A DNA stretch of 64,000 nt, taken from NCBI RefSeq assembly GCF_009914755.1, contig NC_060935.1; one strand, 5' to 3'. Position 1 is the first letter of the stretch; each line of letters opens with the position of its first letter. Of the stretch, positions 54,347 to 64,000 are shown one piece after another. The notes beneath the pieces were generated by a model. It was given only the letters and a program-made list of their open reading frames with translations, did no database searches and was not told where the DNA came from. This DNA comes from the human T2T-CHM13v2.0 reference genome, Homo sapiens. The position numbers and the translations under genes were made by a program.

Positions 54347-55001
54347 TCTCCATCTTATTTAATCAGGTACATTTTGGGCAGAGAGTGAAAGAAGAGATAT
54401 TTTGCTATGGAGCATGAGTTACCACATTGTACTCTCAATTACAGGCAAGGTCAATGCTAAGACAGTGCAGCCTCCAAAGGTACTACTTGGAGATGACCTG
54501 GACTTAGACCTTCCTGCATCCATTAGGATCATGACTGAACTGAGCACTTGGATTTGAGACTTTCAGGACTGAGGTGGTGATGCGGTGATGGGGGAAAAGT
54601 GGGGTGGAGGGACTAGGTCAGCCTTTGGTACTAAACAGGTAAAAGAAGGTCCTGGGCACCCATTTGAATTCCTTGGCCTATCTCTCTGCTCCCTTCTCTC
54701 TGTTCTTTTAGAGGCAAATTACCCTCTGGCAGGGCTTTGGTACTTCTCCAGTTAGATGTAGAAAGCCATCTCAAAGCCTTATTTTCTCTGAACTCCTCAG
54801 GTTTAGCCAGAGCATGCCTAGCACCATTACTCAAGAGAACATTCTCCTCACACCGTATCTTGCTTCCAAGGGCCCTTTTATCTTCTTTGATCTTCCTCTT
54901 CTGAATCCTGCTGGCAAACTGCTTGCAGGTCCATCCTGAGCATTGATTTGACCTCATGAGAAAAGTTTGTTTGAATCCCCAGTTCCCGCTTTGACTCTCT
55001 C

Positions 55002-55377
55002 TGATATGGTTTGGCTCTTTGTCCCCACCCAAATCTTATCTTGAATTGTAATCTCCATAATCCCCACTTGTTGAGGAGGGACCTGATGGGAGGTAATTGG
55101 ATCATGGGGACAGTTTCCCCCCATGCTGTTCTTGTGATAGTGAGTGAGTTCTCATGAGATCTGATGCTTTTATAAGTGTTTGACAGTTCCTCCTACACAC
55201 ACACACTCTCTCTCCTGCCACCTTGTGAAGACGTGCTTTCTTCCCCTTCTGCCATGATTGTGAGTTTCCTGAGGCCTCCCCAGCCATATGGAACTGTGAA
55301 TCAATTAAACCTCTTTCCTTTATAAATTACCCAGTCTCAGATATTTCTTTACAGTTGTGTGAAAATGGACTAATACA
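55002..55377 (+). mobile_element. THE1D/MSTA-type solo LTR
   Basis: TGATATGGTTTGGCTC...GGACTAATACA; TSD CTCTC / CTTTC. Confidence 0.92.
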
Positions 55378-58300
55378 CTTTCTATGTCAGAAAAGATCTC
55401 ATGTGGAATAAAATCACACAGAATAAACCCGAAACAATTACAGTCTAGTTTCTTCCTAATTCTAGCCTACCCCTTCCAGATGAATGTGGGAATTTTAATT
55501 CTTCAAACATCCCAGGACATGTGCACATGTGGTTTTCTCAGCCTAAAAGGCTCTTGTTCACACTCTTCACATAAGAGACTACTCAGAGGCCACTTTCTCA
55601 TAAAAGCCTTCACTGAGTGCCAGTCTTAAATGGTCTCTGGTGTTATAGTCCTTCTTTCCCGCCCCCACCCAAAGTACTTCTCTTACTGGATACTTTTAAA
55701 TATGCAGTGTTTCTACTTATTTAATGTCTGTCTTTCCCCTCTGGGCTATATCCTATAGGAGGGCAAGAACCACGCATGGGCTGTGCATCTCTATCTATAG
55801 AGTGCCTCATGCAGAATTCTACAGCATACTAGGTACTCAATAAACATGGGAAAGCAATATGGCAGACTAGTTAAGCATATGAACCCTGGAATCAGATTGC
55901 TTAGGTTAGAATCCTGCTTTTATAACTCACTGTGTAACCTAGGGCAAATTAATTAACCAATCCTTGCTTCAATTGTGTCATTTATACAATGGGGACAGTG
56001 ATACTTAACTCATAGTGCTACTGTGAGTAGACACAAAATGTTTAGCAGAATGCCTAGCAATTGGGATGTCCCCATTCAAGGTCTTGCAAGGGCAATGAGA
56101 AATTGGTTTAGCATACAAAGAGTAAAGATTGCTTAGATATGGAACCTTCCCAAGCATGGAGTGTTGGTAAAGGACGTAACTTCCTAGAGAACAATGGAGC
56201 AGAGAGATTAATGTATTTTATCTCATGCCTTATACGTGTGTCAGGTGCTATGCTGGGTAGTACGTGCTAGAAGTTACACAGTGATTTGGCAGCAGTGGGG
56301 GCAGGAGATCAGGTGATTCAGATGTAGGTAGCAAGGCCATCAAACTTTGTGAAACACTAGTTTAGACCATGGGTTTCAACATTTGCTCTGCCCCAGCACA
56401 CCAGCATCATTATCACACTTTCCATCAGTAACAGTGGCTGACTATGAAGGAATGTTCCTGATGGTGGGGCAGGCAGTGCTGAGGGGAAAAGGGACATGTG
56501 TGTTTGCCAAAGTCTCATCTTCAGGGAGACTGATGTGGCCTCTGCAGGAGAGGGAGCTGGCTCCCATCCTATTGAGCATCTTTGCAAATAGGTAAAGGAA
56601 AGCAGATACATAGATTCACCTACAGTGATGATAATGGAACATGATAATACCAAATAGACACACACAGGCTCCAATGGCAACACTAGGGATGGAGCACCTA
56701 ACAGTATCTCGGGACCAGAAATGGGAGGTGCTTAGGGAAGAATTCGTCCATGGCTTCATTGCTTATTGGAATCCAGGGGAGAGTAGGCCAGGTGGAGACG
56801 GGGAAGGTAGATGCAGGTAGATGGAACTAAGCTTTCAGAAGTATGGAGGCATGTTGGCCTGGCTGAAGGGTAGACTATCAGGCAAATTCTTCTGCTATAA
56901 ACCTGGCTCTGTCGTCTTCTATCTAGATCACCATGAATATGTTTGTGATGATCTGCCAGTGACCTTCCACTACGATGTAGTGAGCTTGGAATTGTTCTTG
57001 ACTCTCTTCTCTCCATTGAAATGCATCTACTTTGATTTTCATTCTCAGGGCCTTAGTTGTTGCTAGAGGGCAACTTATGCTAATGCACTATTGAAATATC
57101 TAGCCAACATAAAATAATTCAGATTTTTATCCTCCCCTGACACCCCATGGAACTTTCAAGCCTTTAGAAGACCCAAAGGTGAAACACTAAGGACAGGGAC
57201 TCCATTGATCATGTCACACTGGTAAGAGGATAGTTCTTAACAGACAGGCTTATTTTTGCTTCTCAAGTGACGGTAGCAAGCCCTCAATAAGAGTTATAAT
57301 GACAGCTAACACTTTTTGAGCACTAAGTGCTATGACCTCTAGGAGCTGCAATGACTTTTTTGAATTAGGTGTCTTATTCATATTTTACCTATAATGAAAC
57401 ATAGGCTTAGAGGAGTTAACTTGCACAGCTAATAAGTGGCCAAGCCAGGCTTTCAATCAGGTCTATTTGTCTCTGGATTGGTGGGGTTCTGCAGAGGACA
57501 TCAGCAATACTTCCTCCCAGGCTGGACCGTAAGTGCTCAAGTACTTGTTGCTCCTGATTTAAGTAAATGTTTCTGGTTAACAGCAAATTTAATTTTAGTA
57601 ACATCCTCAATTTTTGATTGAGGGAGCTAGGGGCTTCATCTCAAAGCCAATCTAATTTCCCACATCTAAAACCCAAACAAGCTTGACATTCTTAGACCAC
57701 ATAAGGATATCTTGGATGTGCACTGAGTGTTTCCATGTAACTTAATGTCAACTTCCAATTTCAGAAGAAATTATCCCTGTACAAGCTCAGATGAGAATTC
57801 CCTTGCCTTTTTAGAAAGAACACTTAGATTGGCCTTAGGTCACGTTGGATTATATCAGTTCTCAGCTACTCAAACTTAACACTCTAATACAATCCCTGCA
57901 GTCTTGTTCCATTTCTTTTCACCTAGACAGAGTTGCCTGTAGCTCCCTGACACTTATATCCCCAAGATGAAAAATATGACAAGTAAAAAACCACTCTGTG
58001 GTTTATCAGTTTTTTTCCCAAGCTATTGCTCAGCAAAGTTCACATTCTACAAATCTCATTTCCTCACTAGCTTTTTTTTTTCATGACAATATTTTTTAAT
58101 GGGGGGATAGAATCATTTAAAAAATTATGAAATGCAAAGGACCTCTCTATTATTTTTGCAACTTCCTGTGACTCTAATAATTTCAAAACAAATTTTTTTA
58201 AAAATTGTGAAATACACACCCAGAAGAGAATATTAAAAGAACATGCGTGGCTTAAAGTGAACACAAATGTGCTTGCCAAACTGGTTAAAAAAAATATGAC

Positions 58301-58973
58301 ATCCCATTGCACTGGAAACCTACTCCACACCGTGCCATGTGCCCCTTACCGGTCATATTTCCTTGGCTTTCCCCAGAGGTACCATCTTCCTGACTTTTAT
58401 GTTTACTGTATTCTTATTTTTATTTATTGACTTAGCAAAAATATTTGAATCACTAAACTATTTTGCATGTTTACTAGTTCATATCAATGGAATTATTCTG
58501 CATTGTATGAATTTTTCAATGATTTTTAAATCTAACATTGTATTCCTGAGATTCATCTATCTTATTGATGTAACTTATTTATCTTCAGTGCTGTGTAGTA
58601 TTCCAGTGTAATAAACCACAGTTTATTTGTCCAGTCTCTTGATGATTGGCATTTGGGTTGTTCTCAGTTCAGGGAACAATGGTGCTTTAAATATTCCTGC
58701 CCATGTTTCTGAATGTACATAGGCAAGAGTTTCTGTGGAGTATATAACCAGGAGTAGAATTAATGGATTATAACATAAACACATATTCAACTTTACCACG
58801 TGATAGTAGAAATTCAAAGTTTGTACCAATTTACTCTCCCACCAATAGTGTATGAGAATCTCCATTGTTCTACATCTTTACCAAGACTTTATATTGTCAG
58901 ACTTATTTTTTCTTCTATATAATGAATATGTAATGTTTTTTATATTTTTTATCATATACTTTCAGCTTTTTTT

Positions 58974-59427
58974 AACTTTTATTTAAGTTTAGGGGTATAT
59001 GTACAGACGTGCAGGTTTGTTACATAGGTAAATGTATGTCATGGGGGTTGGTTGTACAGATTATTTCATCACCCAGGTACTAAGCCTGGTACCAATTAGA
59101 TATTTTTCCTGATCCTCTTCCTCCTCCCACCCTCCACCTTCTGATAGGCCTCAGTGTGTGTTATTTCCCTGTATCTCCCCATGTGTTCTCATCATTTAGC
59201 TCCTACTTATAAGTGAGAACATGTGGTATTTGGTTTTCTGTTCCTGTGTTAGTTTGCTAAGGATAATGGCCTCCAGCTCTATCCATGTCCCTGCAAAGGA
59301 CATGATCTCATCCTTTTTTATGGCTGCATAGTATTCCATGGTGTGTATGTACCACATTTTTTAAATCCAGTCTACCATTGATGGGCATTTGGGTTTATTC
59401 CATGTCTTCGCTATTGTGAATAGTGCA
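58974..59427 (-). mobile_element. L1PA (about PA11-13) 3' end nested in L1M
   Basis: GTGCAGGTTTGTTACATAGGTAAA...TTTCATCACCCAGGTACTAAGCC; TSD-like TTCAGCTT(G)TTTTT on both sides. Confidence 0.88.
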
Positions 59428-59558
59428 TTCAGCTTGTTTTTAACAAAATTGAGCACCTTTTCAATAATTTATTGGTTGTTTGAATTTTTCTTCTATGAAG
59501 TGTCTGCTCAAGTCCTTTGTCCCTTTTTTGTATTGGGTTTTTGGCCCTTTCTTATTGA

Positions 59559-59880
<322 letters not shown>

Positions 59881-60574
59881 TAGGATTTATTTTATTATTT
59901 CTCAGATTTGAGTACATTCTTGTATGCATTGCAGATCTTCTCTCAGTTTTTGGTTTACCTTTCACTCTCTTTATGGTATCCTCTCAAAAATAGATGATCT
60001 TAATTTTAAGTTGTTAAATTTCCTAATCTTATCCTATTTGTGTTTTCTCTTATTTAAAAAATCCTTCCAACCTGAAGTCATGAAAATATTTCTCTGTATT
60101 ATTTTCTGAAAAGTTTGTAGTTTTGGTTTTTATGGGTATATCTTTAATCCACTTGGAATTGATTTTTGTGGATGATAGGATCTAATTTTCCTTTTCTCCT
60201 GTGGGTAACCAAAGCTGAAAAGTCTGTCCTGTCCTCAGTACTTTGACCTCTGTCATATGTTAAGTGTACATATATATGTGAGTCTGATTCTGGGCTCTCC
60301 ATTGCATTCCATCACTCTGTCTATGCCCGCTCTAATTCAGCACAGTCTTAAATATGGTAACTATAATATGCTTTGATATCTGGAATAACGAGTTTCCCAT
60401 CTTAATCTTTGAATGACTTGTCTTTCTTGGCCTTTTGAACTATTAGAACCAGATCATCAAGTTCTATTTAAAGTATTTTGGAAGAATTGGTGTGTTTTTT
60501 ATTACTGAGTTTTGTAATCCTTGAGTTTGGTCTATCTCTCATTTATTTGTGGATTCTTTAATTTCTATAACAGA

Positions 60575-60915
60575 CATGACAGGCCAGGTTATGCTGTGGT
60601 TACTGACAATCTCGAAAGCTCAGTGGTGTAATACATTAAGGTTTATTTCTTGCCTATGCCACATGTCCACTGTGGGTCATCTGAGGATCTGCTCTGTGTT
60701 ATCCTCATTCTGAAACCTGCGCTGATGGAGCATCCACCAGCTACACCTTTGCTGGTTAAGTGGCAGTTGGAAAGAGAGCTGAATAGCACATTAGTTCTTA
60801 AAGCTTCCACTTGTGTTTCATCGCTCACAGGAAGTCTCATTGGTCATGCCAAGAGCAGGAGGTATTCAGAAGAGGGGAAACAGACACAACTATGAATACC
60901 AGAGTATCTTCCAGT
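60575..60915 (-). mobile_element. MLT1I/J-like LTR nested in L1M
   Basis: AGGTTATGCTGTGGT...CTCAGTGG...AAGGTTTATTTCTTGC...GCTGATGGAGCA motifs. Confidence 0.65.
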
Positions 60916-62407
60916 CAACTTTTATAGTTTCCTAACCATCTTAGATTTATTTCAAAGTACTTCATATGTTTGACGACATTGTCGAACATATGAAGTATAA
61001 TATTTAACTTTCTATTTGCTTCTGATATACAGAAATGTAATTCATTTTAGTATGTTGATTTTATATTTGGCAACTTTGATAAATACTCTTATTAATTCTA
61101 ATAATTTATCTATAGTCTGTTTTGGATTTTCTACATACTGGGCCAAGTAATCTGTGAGCAATAATACTTTTGTTTCTTTTTTTCTATTTTGGCCTTATTT
61201 CTTTTTCTTTCTAACTGCTCTGGCTATAATCTCTAATACAAGGTTGAATAAAAGTGATAATAGCAGATATCTTTGCCTTGCTCCAAATCTCAAAGCCAAA
61301 GTTTTTTTTACCATCAAGTATGATGCTTTATGAAATATTTTCCTTGGTAGAAACCCCTTTAGTAGTTTCTCTTCTATGCCCAATTTGCTAAGAGTTTAAA
61401 AATAATCATGAATGAGTGTTAGTGAATGCTTTTTTTGTATCTACTGGGATGATCACATGATTGTCCTTTTCCTTTCATTTGCTGGTGAATGTGAAGTGAA
61501 TAACATTAGCTAATTTTCTAACATTAAATAAACGTTTCATTCCTGAGATAAACCCATTAAAACCCATTAAATTCTTGGTCTTAATAATGCATTAGCTTTT
61601 ATATATTTTTTCTGCATTCTGTTTTTACTATTTTATTTAGGATTTTTACACCTGCATTCATGAGATAGATTGGTCTGCAATTTTCCTTTCTCATACATAT
61701 ATATCTTTGTCAAGTTTTGGTATTGAGGTTATGCCATTATGGGGTATATAACTAACTTGTCAAACCATCTGAGCTTGCCTTTTCTTTGAAGAAAGATTTT
61801 TTTAACTCATTAAGTATGTTCTTGTCTTGAATGCATTTTAAATAAATTCTTAGTATTCATCTCTCTTATGTTATTTTTCCCTCATTCTTTTTAGGTCCGT
61901 TGTTTGATATTATTTAATGTTGCAATTGTCTGTTAAAACTCAGCAACACAATGTGTGTCTACTTCTCTGTGGGTACAGGAAAGATCACTTGCTTATTAAG
62001 CCAGGGACCCATCCCCTAGCCCACCAACACATAGTCTCCATTATGGACAACTTCTTAGGTAACAAAACAGGAGTGAAGTCCTGACACTTCACCTTTCTTA
62101 TCTTTTAATTCTCAACAGCCCTCAGCCGCTATGTTTCCTGCAACTTCATCTTTCTCTTCTGATTCTACTCCCATTCTCTGCAAAATCATGTCAGTGGTGA
62201 AGTGCTGGAATAAGAAATTGTTGCCACCCTTAGTTGGCCCACATGTGGTGCTGACCATAGGGTCAAGGTCCAGGCTGTTTGAGCCTCTGCAGTGCATTTC
62301 TACAACTTCCAGGTTTTTCCATGGTGATCTTCTACCAGGATTCACTCCAGGATTTATGTCAACATTTCTCTCCTTTTATCTTCTTCTTTTAGTGGAAACC
62401 ACCTCTT

Positions 62408-63086
62408 TTTTTTAATTATACTTTAATTTCTGAGACACATGTGTAGAACGTGCAGGTTTGTTACATAGGTATACACGTGCCATGCTGGTTTGCCACACCC
62501 ATCAACCCCTCATCTACATTAGCTATTTGTCCTAATGCTATCCCTCCCCTAGCCCCCCAAACCCTGACAGGCCTCAGTGTGTAACATTCCCCTTCCTGTG
62601 TCCATGTGTTCTCATTGTTCAACTCCCATTTATGAGTGAGAACATGTAGTGTTTGGTTTTCTGTTCCTGTGTTAGTTTGCTGAGAATGATGGTTTCCAGC
62701 TTCATCCATGTCCCTGCAAAGGATATGAACTCATCCCTTTTATGGCTGCATAGTATTCCATGGTATATACGTACCACATTTTCTTTAATCAGTCTATCAT
62801 TGATGGGCATTTAGGTTGGTTCCCAGTTTTTGCTATTGTTAACAGTGCTGCAATAAACATACAAGTCCATAAGTCTTTATAGTAGAATGATTTATCTGCC
62901 AGTTAGAGTGGCAAACATTAAAAAGTCAGGAAGCAACAGATGCTGGAGATGATGTGGAGAAATAGGAATGCTTTTACACTGTTGGTGGGAGTGTAAATTA
63001 GTTCAACCATTGTGGAAGACAGGGTGGCAATTCCTCAAGGATCTAGAACCAGAAATACCATTTGACCCAGCAATCCCATTACTGGG
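62408..63086 (-). mobile_element. L1PA (about PA7) insertion with 5' inversion (twin priming)
   Basis: Minus-strand 3' end at 62408-62895, then a plus-strand ORF2-end segment at 62897-63086; TSD GGAAACCACCTCTT at 62394-62407 and 63085-63098. Confidence 0.93.
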
Positions 63087-63120
63087 AAACCACCTCTTAA
63101 AAGCACTAGGCCTGAAACTA

Positions 63121-64000
<880 letters not shown>

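Noticed and set aside
55276-55288. Possible PRDM9 hotspot motif in THE1/MST LTRs
   Set aside because: Reads CCTCCCCAGCCAT here and CTTCCCCAGCCAC at about 32697; neither matches CCNCCNTNNCCNC.

Overview
Primate (human or great-ape-like) non-coding genomic DNA, intergenic or deep-intronic and dominated by interspersed repeats. I found no recognisable spliced exon of a cellular gene, no CpG island, no RNA gene and no CRISPR array. The only gene-like sequence is a complete processed retrocopy of HNRNPA1 (minus strand, 3714-5084). It has both UTRs, a polyA signal, a polyA tail, a 14-bp target-site duplication (TSD) and an uninterrupted 321-codon ORF whose substitutions nevertheless look degenerative. 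The rest comprises a full-length MSTB-type MaLR provirus, solo THE1/MST/MLT/LTR33 LTRs, about 16 Alus or Alu fragments, L1 pieces of many ages (including a young L1PA2-type tip), L2, MIR and DNA-transposon fossils. I cannot support a claim of a new biological system here. The most notable structures are the intact-ORF retrocopy, a twin-primed (5'-inverted) L1 with a probable second one 70 bp away, and several local templated duplications and hairpins, including an Alu fragment apparently copied from a neighbouring Alu. Repeat subfamily calls come from remembered consensus sequences, and boundaries of old repeats are approximate.
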